This document shows positions 1-9,954 of a stretch of 61,322 bases of DNA, one piece after another. A program made the translations under genes and the position numbers. The first letter of the stretch is position 1, and each line of letters opens with the position of its first letter. Below the pieces are notes generated by a model. The model saw only the letters and a program-made list of their open reading frames with translations. It was not told the DNA's origin and ran no database searches. The DNA is from Candidatus Thorarchaeota archaeon. GTDB lineage: Archaea > Asgardarchaeota > Thorarchaeia > Thorarchaeales > Thorarchaeaceae. Location of the stretch: positions 1-61,322 of the forward strand of contig JBHIAE010000015.1 in assembly GCA_046758445.1 (NCBI GenBank), read 5' to 3'.

Positions 1-40
1 AGCGTGATGAGAAACTGTTTTCTATACTGAGCTCGTCCAG

Positions 41-1315
41 TTGGGAAGTTGGTCTGTATTGCGTGCTCGTCTACTGACAACTCGTGGAATTGGAATTGTC
101 CTAGTCTGTATTATCATGCTTCTAGTCCTCCCCAATGCATCATTCTACCCACAATATGCTGAAGAGCCTTTGACTCCGACTGTGAAGAGGACTAGTCACG
201 ATGCTGACTTCAACTTGGCACAGCTCGAAGACCATACTCCGATAACTGTGAATGGTGACGAACAACTTGCCGAAATGGGGATACCTGGCGACGGTTCCCA
301 GGACGACCCCTACATCATACAGAACCTGGAGATAACATCCATTGGCGTATCCATCGGAATAACCAATGTTCATACTCATTTGGTGATTCTCAACTGCTTG
401 CTCTACTCTATGTCGAGCGCGGAGAGGGTGCCTATTGTTCTCAGCCATTCAAGCAATATCACGATTGAAGACTGCACACTGAGGGGAGGGAGGTACGGAA
501 TCCGTTTGAGAAACGTTTCTGAGGTTGAAATAGTCGGCAACAGGATTTACGACGCGATCGGAATTGATGTGGGCGGCAACATCTATGATGGTTACGGAAT
601 ATACGTACGAGACAGCAATCAATGTAGAATTAGGGGGAACATTGTATATGCAAACTACATAGGCATAGCGCTGGAGTCCAGCGAGGACTGCTCCATAGCA
701 GAAAACAATGTTTACGGCAACGATGGCCCTGGACTGGATTTGTCAGGAAGCTCGGAGAACAACATGGTATATGAGAACGTATTTGGTTGGAACTCCCCAT
801 CTCCATCTCCCCAAGATAATGCCGTTGACCGAGGTTTGAGCAACACATGGACACGCAATTCCTGGTCAGACTACATTCCTCCAGGCCCATACAATGTGTC
901 CGGAACGGCAGGCTCACAGGACCTTGAGCCTAGTGCACTTGAAGACAGGAATCATCCGTACATGTCTCTCCCACAAGACATCATTGCGGCTGAGGGTTCA
1001 AACGTTCAGGTGACTTGGATCACATCAGACCAGTTTCCTTTGAGGTACCGAGTCTTCGTCGATGGCGAGATGCAGACCATGCGCACATGGACTCAAAACG
1101 AGGTGTCATTCAGTCTAAGCGGCCTTTCAATGGGTGAATACGACCTGGCTCTGAGGTTCACTGATGCGGCCGGGAATGAGGCACAGAACTCAGTCCAAGT
1201 CATCATTCTATTCGGCGTCTTCTCAGACATAGGTACGGAACTGGTGATAGTAGCATCCGTATTCAGTGTGTTTTCAGTTGCCCTTGTTGTCTATGTGATC
1301 AAGAGAAAACAGTGA
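41..1315 (+). CDS. Membrane-anchored right-handed beta-helix (NosD/CASH-like) surface protein with Ig-like domain
   Basis: N-terminal hydrophobic segment, repeated 'GIxLxxSxxCxIxxNxxY' beta-helix motifs, Ig-like region and C-terminal TM with KRK tail. The true start may be slightly downstream. Confidence 0.8.
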   Translation: MGSWSVLRARLLTTRGIGIVLVCIIMLLVLPNASFYPQYAEEPLTPTVKRTSHDADFNLAQLEDHTPITVNGDEQLAEMGIPGDGSQDDPYIIQNLEITSIGVSIGITNVHTHLVILNCLLYSMSSAERVPIVLSHSSNITIEDCTLRGGRYGIRLRNVSEVEIVGNRIYDAIGIDVGGNIYDGYGIYVRDSNQCRIRGNIVYANYIGIALESSEDCSIAENNVYGNDGPGLDLSGSSENNMVYENVFGWNSPSPSPQDNAVDRGLSNTWTRNSWSDYIPPGPYNVSGTAGSQDLEPSALEDRNHPYMSLPQDIIAAEGSNVQVTWITSDQFPLRYRVFVDGEMQTMRTWTQNEVSFSLSGLSMGEYDLALRFTDAAGNEAQNSVQVIILFGVFSDIGTELVIVASVFSVFSVALVVYVIKRKQ

Positions 1316-1433
1316 GCCAATGATGCACCTAACGCCTGATTGCAGGCATTATGATGTGCTTGCGCCACTAAATACATAAGCAGGGCATATCGAGCCAGCC
1401 CAGAAGCTTCTCCTAAGTAGGTGAAGAGGAACG

Positions 1434-2006
1434 ATGGCGCTTGACTTTGCAAAGTCTATTGAGATTCGCTGGCATGGTCGCGGCGGACAAGGAGTCGTCA
1501 CAAGCAACCAGATGCTAGGAAAGGCCGCTCTTGAAGAGGGCAACTACATCCAGGCGTTCCCGGAGTTTGGTCCAGAGCGGACCGGTGCCCCGGTCAAAGC
1601 ATTCTTGAGAATCAGCAAGAAACCTATCCAAGTCTATGCTCAAGTCTACAATCCTCACGTGGTCATTTGCATAGACCCCACTCTGCTTGAAGTAGTGAAT
1701 CCGACAGAAGGCCTGAAGAATGATGGCACTCTTGTTCTGAACACTACGTTGAGCCCGGAGGAGATAAGGAACAAATACCGCTTCAAGGGAGGTAAAGTCG
1801 CCACAGTCGATGCCACAACGATTGCCTTGGAGATAATGGGTAGACCATTCTACAACATGCCCACGATGGCGGCCGCGGTGAAAGCCTCCGAAGTCGTCAG
1901 GATTGACACAGTGATTCGTGAGGTCCAGAAGCGCTACCCAGGGAAAGTAGGCGATCTCAACAAGGCGGCTATGGAGAGAGCTGTTCAGGAGGCGAAAATC
2001 GGATGA
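1434..2006 (+). CDS. porC: Pyruvate/2-oxoacid:ferredoxin oxidoreductase gamma subunit
   Basis: EIRWHGRGGQG and QAFPEFGPERTGAPV motifs; GGTGA RBS upstream; first gene of a 4-gene operon. Confidence 0.93.
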   Translation: MALDFAKSIEIRWHGRGGQGVVTSNQMLGKAALEEGNYIQAFPEFGPERTGAPVKAFLRISKKPIQVYAQVYNPHVVICIDPTLLEVVNPTEGLKNDGTLVLNTTLSPEEIRNKYRFKGGKVATVDATTIALEIMGRPFYNMPTMAAAVKASEVVRIDTVIREVQKRYPGKVGDLNKAAMERAVQEAKIG

Positions 2007-2299
2007 GTGAGAAGTTCGATGAGATACCGATGGCTGGAAACATAATCGAGCCCGGCAATGCAATGAAGTACAAGACTGGAGGTTGGCGGGCAGAACGGCC
2101 GGTGCACAATCCGAAGGACTGCCTCTGGATGAAGAATGGCACATGTGGCAGATGCTGGATATTCTGTCCCGATATGGCAGTGAGATTGATCGAACAAGAT
2201 GGTTCTCGCTCGTATGAGTACGACTATGACTACTGCAAAGGCTGTGGCATTTGTGCAAACGAGTGCCCGACTGACAGCATCACAATGGAGAGTGAGTGA
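2003..2299 (+). CDS. porD: Pyruvate/2-oxoacid:ferredoxin oxidoreductase delta subunit (2x[4Fe-4S])
   Basis: YKTGGWR, CxxCWIFCPD and DYDYCKGCGICANECP motifs; ATGA overlap with the gamma gene. Confidence 0.93.
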   Translation: MSEKFDEIPMAGNIIEPGNAMKYKTGGWRAERPVHNPKDCLWMKNGTCGRCWIFCPDMAVRLIEQDGSRSYEYDYDYCKGCGICANECPTDSITMESE

Positions 2300-2300
2300 G

Positions 2301-3506
2301 ATGACAGCGGTTGAAAGAGTACCTGAGGAGAAGATGAAGGTGGAGGGTCTAACAGGCGATGCCGCGATTGCTCATGCTCTGAAGCAGTCAGATGTCGACG
2401 TACTTGCGGCATACCCCATTACACCTCAGACAATAATAGTTGAAGACTTTCAGAGATTCACAGCAGACGGTGAGGTCCACACCAAGGTGATCCCAGTAGA
2501 GTCTGAGCATAGCGCCATGTCCGCTTGTGTTGGTGCCTCTGCGGTAGGAGCTAGAGTTGCCACAGCATCTGCCTCGGCAGGTCTTGCTCTCATGTGGGAG
2601 ATTCTGTACTGTGCGGCCTCCATGAGGATGCCCATTGTTTTCACTGTTGCCAACCGAGCTCTATCGGCCCCCATCAATATTCACAATGACCACTCAGACG
2701 GCATGGGAATGAGAGATAGCGGTTTCATTCAGCTCTACTGTCAGAGTTCACAGGAGGCATACGATACCACCATAATGGCGTTCAAGCTTGCTGAGGACCA
2801 TGGTGTGCTACTTCCCGTGATGGTTGGTATTGACGGCTTCATAGTCAGCCACAATGTCGAGAGAGTGGAGATGCTCCCCGACGATGCTGTGCAGGAGTTT
2901 CTTGGTGTTAGAATACCTGTTCAACCTCTTGACCCGAAAAACCCAATCACAATGGGCCCCTTGGCGCTGACGGACTACTATTTCGAGTTCAAAGAGCAGC
3001 AGGACAGAGCCATCAACAACGTCCCGAAGGTCTACAAGAAGGTAGAGGCCAATTTCAAGAAGATGACGGGTCGCACCTACGGCATGTTTGAGGAGTACAA
3101 GACCAAAGACGCAGACATCATCATTCTTGCCATGAGTTCCATGGGAGGAACTGCAAAGGCTGTAGCAGACGTCCTGAGGGAGAAAGGAGAAAGGATTGGC
3201 GTGGCAAGGCTCAAGATGTTTCGTCCCTTCCCAGCCAAGGAGATTGCGAAGGCAGTTGGTGGCGCCAAAGCTGTTATGATCTTTGAGAAAGCAATGTCCT
3301 TCGGTGCTGTTACACACCCGCTCGCAATGGAGGTCAGAAGCGCCCTCTATGACCTGGAGAAGAAGCCGCTCGTAGTAGATTTCGTGGTGGGCCTCGGAGG
3401 GCGTGATGTCCCCCCGACAACGTTTGTTGAGGGAATCGAGAAGACGAAGAAGTACTTGGAGAAAGGAAAATCTCCTCTCTATGAAACACTGGGGGTGCGT
3501 AAGTAA
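2301..3506 (+). CDS. porA: Pyruvate/2-oxoacid:ferredoxin oxidoreductase alpha subunit
   Basis: AAYPITPQT, VESEHSAMS and NRALSAPINIHNDH motifs. Start placed at ATG 2301 right after the porD stop; the ORF-track start at 2199 overlaps porD. Confidence 0.93.
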   Translation: MTAVERVPEEKMKVEGLTGDAAIAHALKQSDVDVLAAYPITPQTIIVEDFQRFTADGEVHTKVIPVESEHSAMSACVGASAVGARVATASASAGLALMWEILYCAASMRMPIVFTVANRALSAPINIHNDHSDGMGMRDSGFIQLYCQSSQEAYDTTIMAFKLAEDHGVLLPVMVGIDGFIVSHNVERVEMLPDDAVQEFLGVRIPVQPLDPKNPITMGPLALTDYYFEFKEQQDRAINNVPKVYKKVEANFKKMTGRTYGMFEEYKTKDADIIILAMSSMGGTAKAVADVLREKGERIGVARLKMFRPFPAKEIAKAVGGAKAVMIFEKAMSFGAVTHPLAMEVRSALYDLEKKPLVVDFVVGLGGRDVPPTTFVEGIEKTKKYLEKGKSPLYETLGVRK

Positions 3507-4459
3507 TGACAGAACCAGCAGCAGTAAGAATCAAGGATATGCTTCAGAAAGACCGTATACTCTCATCAGGACATAGGATGTGTGCGGGATGCGCTGCGCC
3601 AACTGTAGTGAAACTGATGGGAATGGCGTTGCGAGGACCAACCATAGTATGCGAGGCTACGGGATGCCTTGAGGTTGCCACTACAATCTACCCGTTCACA
3701 GCGTGGAAGATCCCTTGGATTCACGTTGCGTTTGAGAACGCAGCAGCGGTGGCATCTGGTGTTGTGGAGGCAATGACAGTCATGCGGGAGAAAGGACGTT
3801 CTGAGTATGAGCATGTAGATGTCATTGCTGTTGGCGGCGATGGAGGAACGTTCGACATTGGCTTCGGTGCACTGAGTGGCGCTCTAGAGAGAGGACACAA
3901 CTTCGTCTACATGGTCTACGACAATGGGGCATATCAGAACACGGGCATCCAGAGGTCAGGTGCAACTCTCCCTGGGCAGGAAACCACAACTTCTTGGGCA
4001 GGAAAGGTGGAGCCAGGTAAGAGGCAGCCGAAGAAACCGATAGCCGAGATTGTTGCAGCCCACAAGATTCCGTATGTGGCAACTGTCGACCCTTACCACT
4101 ATAGGGATTTTGTCCAGAAGTTCCGTAAGGCGATAGAGGTTGAAGGCCCAGCTTTCATCCATGCCTACTCACCCTGTCCGAGAGGATGGAGGTCAGATAG
4201 TTCGAAGAGCATCGAACTTGCCAAGCTTGCTGTGGAAGTCGGAATCCATCCGCTGTACGAAGTGATTGACGGAGAGGAGTGGATCATGTCCAGCCCCAGC
4301 AAGAACCTGAAGGAACTCAAGCCTTTGAAGGAGTACTGGGCATCTCAGGGTCAGTTCAGACACCTCAAGGACTCGAAATGGGACGACTTCAAGAGGGAGA
4401 TTCAGGAGCAGACAAACCACAACTGGGAGCTTCTGAAGAAACGTTGTGGTATTGAGTAG
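3506..4459 (+). CDS. porB: Pyruvate/2-oxoacid:ferredoxin oxidoreductase beta subunit
   Basis: GHRMCAGC, GGDGGTFDIG ThDP motif, YDNGAYQNTGIQRS and SPCPRGW motifs. Confidence 0.93.
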   Translation: MTEPAAVRIKDMLQKDRILSSGHRMCAGCAAPTVVKLMGMALRGPTIVCEATGCLEVATTIYPFTAWKIPWIHVAFENAAAVASGVVEAMTVMREKGRSEYEHVDVIAVGGDGGTFDIGFGALSGALERGHNFVYMVYDNGAYQNTGIQRSGATLPGQETTTSWAGKVEPGKRQPKKPIAEIVAAHKIPYVATVDPYHYRDFVQKFRKAIEVEGPAFIHAYSPCPRGWRSDSSKSIELAKLAVEVGIHPLYEVIDGEEWIMSSPSKNLKELKPLKEYWASQGQFRHLKDSKWDDFKREIQEQTNHNWELLKKRCGIE

Positions 4460-4723
4460 CTATAGAAAGTCGACACCCTCATGGTCTGCTTCTCTCTTCT
4501 ATGAATGGGAGACAAGGAACTGATTCAAAAGCTCAGACCAAGTCTGTTGAATCTGAGTCTGGTGCTAAGAAACGTAACAGCGGTGCAATAGCGCCGCTTC
4601 AGGTTCTCCTGAAGAGTTCCGAACCCAAGATCTCCACAGGGAGTACTTCCGGTTTCTCGCAATGAATAAATCTGGCCGAACGTATTACTTGGACGTTCTC
4701 TGAGGAGAGAGGAGCGAAGAACG

Positions 4724-6448
4724 TTGATGATGATGACCGGCGGCGAGGTTCTGACCAAGTGCTTGCTGCAAGAGAAGGTGCAATACGTCTTTGGTGTTCC
4801 TGGAGACCAACTCTACCCCTTTCTGGACTCCATTCACACTTCTGACGGAATTGAATTTGTGACATTTCGACATGAACAAGCGGCTGCGCATGCCGCAGAT
4901 GCCTGGGCAAGAACAACTGGACAACCCGGGATTTGTCTGGGTACAGTGGGTCCTGGAGCTGCAGACCTTGTTCCAGGAGTGTACGCTGCTTTCGCTGACA
5001 GCATTCCCATGGTTGTGCTCTGTGCCCAGAATCAGTCATGGAGGATACACCCAGATCATGGGAGTACTCAAGGGTTGGATCAACTGGACTTGTTCAGACC
5101 TATCACTAAGTGGGGAGCAACGGTTTCCCATTGGCAGAGAATACCACATCTTGTACACTGGGCATTCAGAGAATCTTTGTCGGGACGCCCGGGACCAGTA
5201 TTCTTGGACTTTCCGTCTGACATTCTCTTCTTGAAATGTGATGATGGCACTCTGGAGGACGGAATTGTTCCCGCTGAGAAGTATAGGATGACTCGACCTC
5301 CAGCGGGAGATCCATCTCTGATATCGAAAGCCGCAGAAATGCTCCTGAAGGCCCAGTTCCCAATCATTCATGCAGGAGGAGGTGTGCTTGCCTCGAATGC
5401 ATCTGAAGAGTTGATTCAACTTGCAGAACACCTCCAAGCTCCAGTCACGACATCGCTCATGGCGAAAGGAGCTATCCCTGAGGACCATCCACTGTCACTC
5501 GTACCAGCGAGTTTTGGGGCCATAGGGGCTCAGTGCCAAGCCGACTTGGTCCTGCTGGTGGGAGGAAGACTTGGAGACCTAGACTTTTGGGGCAGATCTC
5601 CGGGATGGGGAGAATGTGAAGAGCAGCAATTGATACAGATAGACATAGCACCCGAGATGATCGCGCTGAATCGCGTTGTTGATTTGGCCATAGTGGGTGA
5701 TGCGAAGAGCACCTTGGCCAATCTCCTCAAGCTCGTGAAGAGGAAACCAAAAGCAAAGCCTAGGCCTGAAACGGCTGACTGCCTTGAGGCGCAGAGCAAC
5801 TGGCTGAATGACTTCATCGAACAAGGCGGCTCGAACAAAGTTCCCATCCACCCTCTAAGAATGGTGCAAGAAGTTCGAAACTTCTTTCCTCGAAATGCAA
5901 TATCCGTTGTGGACGGAGGAAACATCGTAGTCTGGTCAATGTATTTGAACAGAATCTATGAGCCCAGGACATTCCTGTGGCCCTCAGACTCAGGCCACCT
6001 AGGAGTGGGAACTGGCTATGCGATAGGATCGAAGCTGGCACATCCGGACAGAGACGTCTATGTAATCTCAGGAGATGGAGCCTTCATGTTCAACGCCCAA
6101 GAGCTCGAAACCGCGCGACGACTCGGCACTGCATTCACAATTATCATTGCCAACGACAGGGCCTACGGAATGATCAAGGCTGGCCAGAAAGGACTATACG
6201 AAGGGCGCTATGTTGGTGTCGACTTCGTTGATGTGAGGTATGACAAGATCGCAGAAGCCATGGGTTGCTTCGGGATCAGGGTGACGAAACCTGCCGATTT
6301 GCGGCCCGCGTTAGAGAAGGCAAAGGACTCTGGGGTGCCAGCCGTCGTAGATGTGGTCATTGATCCTGAGGCCCATCTCGACCCCCCTGACTTCGCATCA
6401 GTTGCTTCAGTTTGGCTGGAGGGTTGTCAACTGCCAGGTGAGGAATAG
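4724..6448 (+). CDS. ThDP-dependent enzyme, acetolactate synthase/2-hydroxyacyl-CoA lyase superfamily
   Basis: FGVPG, RHEQAAAHAAD, GRPGPVFLDFP and GDGAFMF...ND ThDP-binding motifs. Confidence 0.88.
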   Translation: MMMMTGGEVLTKCLLQEKVQYVFGVPGDQLYPFLDSIHTSDGIEFVTFRHEQAAAHAADAWARTTGQPGICLGTVGPGAADLVPGVYAAFADSIPMVVLCAQNQSWRIHPDHGSTQGLDQLDLFRPITKWGATVSHWQRIPHLVHWAFRESLSGRPGPVFLDFPSDILFLKCDDGTLEDGIVPAEKYRMTRPPAGDPSLISKAAEMLLKAQFPIIHAGGGVLASNASEELIQLAEHLQAPVTTSLMAKGAIPEDHPLSLVPASFGAIGAQCQADLVLLVGGRLGDLDFWGRSPGWGECEEQQLIQIDIAPEMIALNRVVDLAIVGDAKSTLANLLKLVKRKPKAKPRPETADCLEAQSNWLNDFIEQGGSNKVPIHPLRMVQEVRNFFPRNAISVVDGGNIVVWSMYLNRIYEPRTFLWPSDSGHLGVGTGYAIGSKLAHPDRDVYVISGDGAFMFNAQELETARRLGTAFTIIIANDRAYGMIKAGQKGLYEGRYVGVDFVDVRYDKIAEAMGCFGIRVTKPADLRPALEKAKDSGVPAVVDVVIDPEAHLDPPDFASVASVWLEGCQLPGEE

Positions 6449-7462
6449 TTGAGAGCTGCTGTCTACGAGGGTGCAGGAGGAATCCAGGTTAGGGAGGTCC
6501 CTGAACCAACTTTGGGTCCTCATGACGTAATGGTCAAGCCCAAATTCGTTGGTTTCTGCGGCACCGACCTAAGTGCATGGGAATACGGGATGTATGAATC
6601 GGGCCTGATAATGGGTCATGAATTCACAGGAGAGATTGTGCAGGTAGGAAACAATGTGGATGAATGGAAAGTAGGAGACAGGGTCGTCCCGAACTCGCTG
6701 ATTCCTTGTGGAACTTGTGACTACTGCAGGAAGCTCAGGCATTCACTGTGTGATGACATGCAGATGATTGGTATATCCATGAATGGAGGACTGGCAGAGC
6801 TCGTATCACTGCCAGAAACGGCACTTCATGCTCTCCCAAAGAGTCTGAATTACAAGTCCGGAGTATTCGTGGAACCGCTCGCAGTGGCCATCCGGGGTTT
6901 TCACTTGACAGAGTTTAGCAAAGGTATGGACGTTCTTGTCATGGGTGCAGGACCGATTGGGCTCCTGAGCATTCAGTATGCCAAGATGAATGGTGCCTCC
7001 AAGGTATACGCCTCAGAGGTCAAGACGGCAAGGCTCAGAGCTGCCGCCGAAATGGGCGCCGATGCGGCACTGAATCCTGAGGACGAATCTCTGCCCCTTA
7101 GAATAGAGGCCCTCACAGGTGGAAGTGGAGTCGATTTGGTGGTGGAGTGTACTGGGCAAGCTGAGCCTACATCAGAAGCGTTTTCGATGGTGAGGAGAGG
7201 AGGCACAATACTAATTCTTGGTATCACAGAAGAACCGGTTGAGGCAGACTTCATGACAGGAGTGCTGAACGAACTTACGGTCCAATTCAGCTACTTGGGA
7301 TATGCCGAGTTCCCAAAGGCGATTGAGCTGCTTGCCGGTGGCAAGATCAAGACCGAACCCCTGATAACTAGGACAATACCTCTTGCACGAGTTGTGGAAG
7401 ACGGTTTTGAGGCACTTACGCACCCGGATTCTTCAGACATCAAAGTCTTAGTTGAGATATGA
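6449..7462 (+). CDS. Zn-dependent medium-chain dehydrogenase (butanediol/sorbitol/threonine DH-like)
   Basis: CGTD, GHEFTG, CGTCDYCR...C structural Zn site and GAGPIG Rossmann motif. Confidence 0.9.
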   Translation: MRAAVYEGAGGIQVREVPEPTLGPHDVMVKPKFVGFCGTDLSAWEYGMYESGLIMGHEFTGEIVQVGNNVDEWKVGDRVVPNSLIPCGTCDYCRKLRHSLCDDMQMIGISMNGGLAELVSLPETALHALPKSLNYKSGVFVEPLAVAIRGFHLTEFSKGMDVLVMGAGPIGLLSIQYAKMNGASKVYASEVKTARLRAAAEMGADAALNPEDESLPLRIEALTGGSGVDLVVECTGQAEPTSEAFSMVRRGGTILILGITEEPVEADFMTGVLNELTVQFSYLGYAEFPKAIELLAGGKIKTEPLITRTIPLARVVEDGFEALTHPDSSDIKVLVEI

Positions 7463-7476
7463 GAGGAGGATTTGAA

Positions 7477-7911
7477 ATGGGAAAGAGAATAGAGCTAGGA
7501 AGTGACGACTATCTGGCTGAATTCAAGAAAAGGCTGAATGATGACGGTCTATACAGAAGCTTGGCGGCCAAAGTTGTGGACTCATACACACTGGTGCTGC
7601 GGGCCGAACCTGACAAAGGAGTTGACAATACGCTCGTCGTCGGATTTGAAATCAAAGAGGGAGAGATGACCGACATCTGGCTAGGTGAGAAGGAGACTTC
7701 ATTCATCCTAAGCGCTCCATATCGCGTTTGGGTTGACATTCTCCTTGGCAAGATTGGTGCAAACCGAGCGTTCATCACTCGGAAGTTGAAGATAAAGGGA
7801 AATATGCCTCGGCTCTTGAAAACTGCCAAAGCAACTGATAGGTTAGTGGAACTCTTGAGAGCATTACCCACAGAGTTCCACGGAGAGTACAGCGAATACT
7901 CCTTTGGCTAG
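7477..7911 (+). CDS. SCP2 sterol/lipid-binding domain protein
   Basis: 'W.DILLGK..ANRAFITRKLKIKGNM..LLK' SCP2 signature; GGAGGA RBS before ATG 7477. Confidence 0.8.
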   Translation: MGKRIELGSDDYLAEFKKRLNDDGLYRSLAAKVVDSYTLVLRAEPDKGVDNTLVVGFEIKEGEMTDIWLGEKETSFILSAPYRVWVDILLGKIGANRAFITRKLKIKGNMPRLLKTAKATDRLVELLRALPTEFHGEYSEYSFG

Positions 7912-7929
7912 GGATCGAGTCCTAGTAGG

Positions 7930-8754
7930 ATGAAGGATGGAACTATGGCAGAATCATGGATGTTCAGCGATGGTCGTCCATTGATAATGGCCCATCGTGG
8001 CGATCCGAATAGAGCCCCTGAGAACACCTTACTTGCCATGAAAGCTGCCCTGGAGGTGGGAGTAGACTCCTTGGAAACAGATGTTAGGACTACGAGGGAT
8101 GGCCACCTCATCCTCTTTCACGATGAATATCTTAGAAGAACAACAGGCGTCGAAGGAACAGTAGGTGGAAGTACACTCGGAGAGCTACAGCAGTTGGACC
8201 TAGGTTACATGTTCTCACGGGACGGCACGAGTTTTCCATATAGAGGGAAGGGACTCCGTGTAGTGACAATACAAGAGGCATTTGAGGCGCTGCCTCAGTG
8301 CAAGTTCAACATTGACATAAAGAGTCCTGATGGAAGATCGTCAGCGTTGCTTGCAGAAGCAATCAGGGACTGCGGGCGTGAGGACTCCGTAATTGTTGCC
8401 TCATTCCTGCCTCCGCAGTTGGAGCGATTCCGTAGCCTCATGCCCTCTGTGGCCACTTCTGCTCACCTGCCAGAAGTTCGCCGATTCCTTCTTGGTGTCA
8501 GACTTCGAGCCATGAGCGTATTTTGTCGGCGCATTGCTTTCAGGGCTTTGCAGGTCCCTCTCCACTACGGCCGAATTCAAGTTGTCAGCGAACGGTTCCT
8601 GGTGGAGGCTCATAAGCGAAACATAGCGGTCCATGTCTGGACAATCAACGACAGAGAAACAATGGAATGGCTTATTGATTTGGGTGTCGATGGTATATTC
8701 ACAGACGATGCACCGCTGATGCGACAAGTCTTGAATGAGAGAAGCCTATTGTGA
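7930..8754 (+). CDS. Glycerophosphodiester phosphodiesterase
   Basis: AHRG, PENT, ETDV..TRDG....HD, VHVWTIN and GVDGIFTD motifs. Confidence 0.93.
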   Translation: MKDGTMAESWMFSDGRPLIMAHRGDPNRAPENTLLAMKAALEVGVDSLETDVRTTRDGHLILFHDEYLRRTTGVEGTVGGSTLGELQQLDLGYMFSRDGTSFPYRGKGLRVVTIQEAFEALPQCKFNIDIKSPDGRSSALLAEAIRDCGREDSVIVASFLPPQLERFRSLMPSVATSAHLPEVRRFLLGVRLRAMSVFCRRIAFRALQVPLHYGRIQVVSERFLVEAHKRNIAVHVWTINDRETMEWLIDLGVDGIFTDDAPLMRQVLNERSLL

Positions 8755-8929
8755 CTGGAATCGGTAGACGAGTAACGAACGTTAATGGCCAAATGTGCAG
8801 GAAAACACTAGGAATGGGGAGCCACAAAATAGCTTAATATGTGCCCCTGAGGGGGGTTGTTTCCGAAGTTTCTCGGAACTCAATGCATGGGAACCGGGGA
8901 CAGAAAACTACTGTCTTGGTGAATGATTT

Positions 8930-9064
8930 ATGACCTGTCCAGAATACGATGCTTCTGATGGCAAGTGCGGGGTTGACGGTTTCAAGTTCTACACGGGTAT
9001 GCAGAAACCGTGTGAAACCCCTGGCATAAACAAGGAAAAGTGTCCACGGTTTGCCATTCAATGA
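8930..9064 (+). CDS. 44-aa four-Cys microprotein (MTCPEYDASDGKCGVDGFKFYTGMQKPCETPGINKEKCPRFAIQ), putative metal-binding
   Basis: Hand-translated, below the ORF-track cutoff. GGTGA RBS upstream, CPxY...C...C...CPxF pattern, strong hairpin downstream. Confidence 0.65.
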   Translation: MTCPEYDASDGKCGVDGFKFYTGMQKPCETPGINKEKCPRFAIQ

Positions 9065-9082
9065 GAATCTGAGAACCTGACA

Positions 9083-9113
9083 ACCGAAGCTGTTTCTCGA
9101 AAGAACAGCTTCG
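9083..9113 (+). terminator. Stem-loop downstream of the microprotein
   Basis: ccgaagctgtt ... aacagcttcgg, 11-bp perfect inverted repeat. Confidence 0.55.
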
Positions 9114-9320
9114 GGCATAGAGAGGTACGCCATTCTCGCGTCCCTCGGTTTCATTCTCTCTTTCTGTAGAAACTCTGTTCAGAAGTAGCGGAGTTTAGAG
9201 AAGATTCCTAAACAGGGCCTCCTCCGTCAGGATAGTCAGTGGTGCAGATTCCTCCCTTTCAGTGACAAACTGTCTCGTCCCGAGAGGAACCTGCGAGTGA
9301 AAGGGTGTGGGACGAGCATC

Positions 9321-9671
9321 CTAGGGGTTGTCTGTAAGTGCTTGCGCGACAACGTGAAAGAGCTCTGCCACTCCTTCTCCTGTCTTCGCAGACACCTCAA
9401 CACAAGCGGCGCCAGATTTCGCCGCAAACTCACGGCCTTGGTCGAGAGTCACACCAGACCCGTCCAGCCTCTCGTCGATTTTATTACCGACAAAGATCAG
9501 CTCGCTGTCTGGAGCGTTCTCTTTCAGACGGGCAATCCAGTCTTCTAAGCGTTCAAGGGAGAAGTATCTGTTGGCGTCATAAACAGCCAGGGCTATTCTT
9601 ATACCTCTGAAGTACCCCTCCACGACGTTTCTAAACCGAGGCTGTCCTCCTAGGTCCCATGCCGTCATCAA
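9321..9671 (-). pseudogene. Rab-like small GTPase lacking its N-terminus (no G1/G2)
   Basis: G3 WDLGGQ, G4 GNKID and G5 EVSAK are present. There is no P-loop, and an in-frame TAA lies just upstream. Confidence 0.8.
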
Positions 9672-9942
9672 GAACTGAAAGGATTCTCTTGTTTATCTTG
9701 GGAGCGTCCTTGTCATCTTTGTCGTGGACACTAACTACGAAGAGATTCTTGGTCTTGGACATGACCATGCGAAACTTGTCCACTGTAATCTCCTCCAGTT
9801 CCGTTCCAGACATCTGCTGGATGTACATCTGGATTGCAGAGAGGAATCCGCCGAACAGAACCTCGTCAACACTGAACTCTCCAGGAGTGATTGCTGCTTG
9901 GGTTTCCCCAGCATGGTTAACTAAGTAGACTCCTTGTAACAT
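9631..9942 (-). CDS. Longin-like domain protein, probably C-terminally truncated
   Basis: 'GVYLVNHAG...DEVLFGGFLSAIQMY.QQM....LEEI' matches the Asgard longin-type pattern. The last residues run out of frame into the GTPase. Confidence 0.7.
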   Translation of the reverse strand: MLQGVYLVNHAGETQAAITPGEFSVDEVLFGGFLSAIQMYIQQMSGTELEEITVDKFRMVMSKTKNLFVVSVHDKDDKDAPKINKRILSVLDDGMGPRRTASV

Positions 9943-9954
9943 TTCGAATCTCTC

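Noticed and set aside
2199-2300. N-terminal extensions of ORF-track calls (porA here; also GH38, Vps62-like, nadB and 49654)
   Set aside because: They overlap upstream genes or promoters; downstream starts fit RBS position and family N-termini better.
4460-4723. TPP riboswitch upstream of the ThDP enzyme
   Set aside because: CUGAGA and ACCUGA core motifs are not present in order on the sense strand.
8834-9154. 106-aa minus-strand ORF
   Set aside because: No motifs. It is antisense to a better-supported microprotein and spans its hairpins.
8755-9320. RNase P or SRP RNA in the long intergenic gap
   Set aside because: Conserved GAGGAAAGUCC and SRP helix-8 motifs were not found; the near-match lies inside the microprotein ORF.
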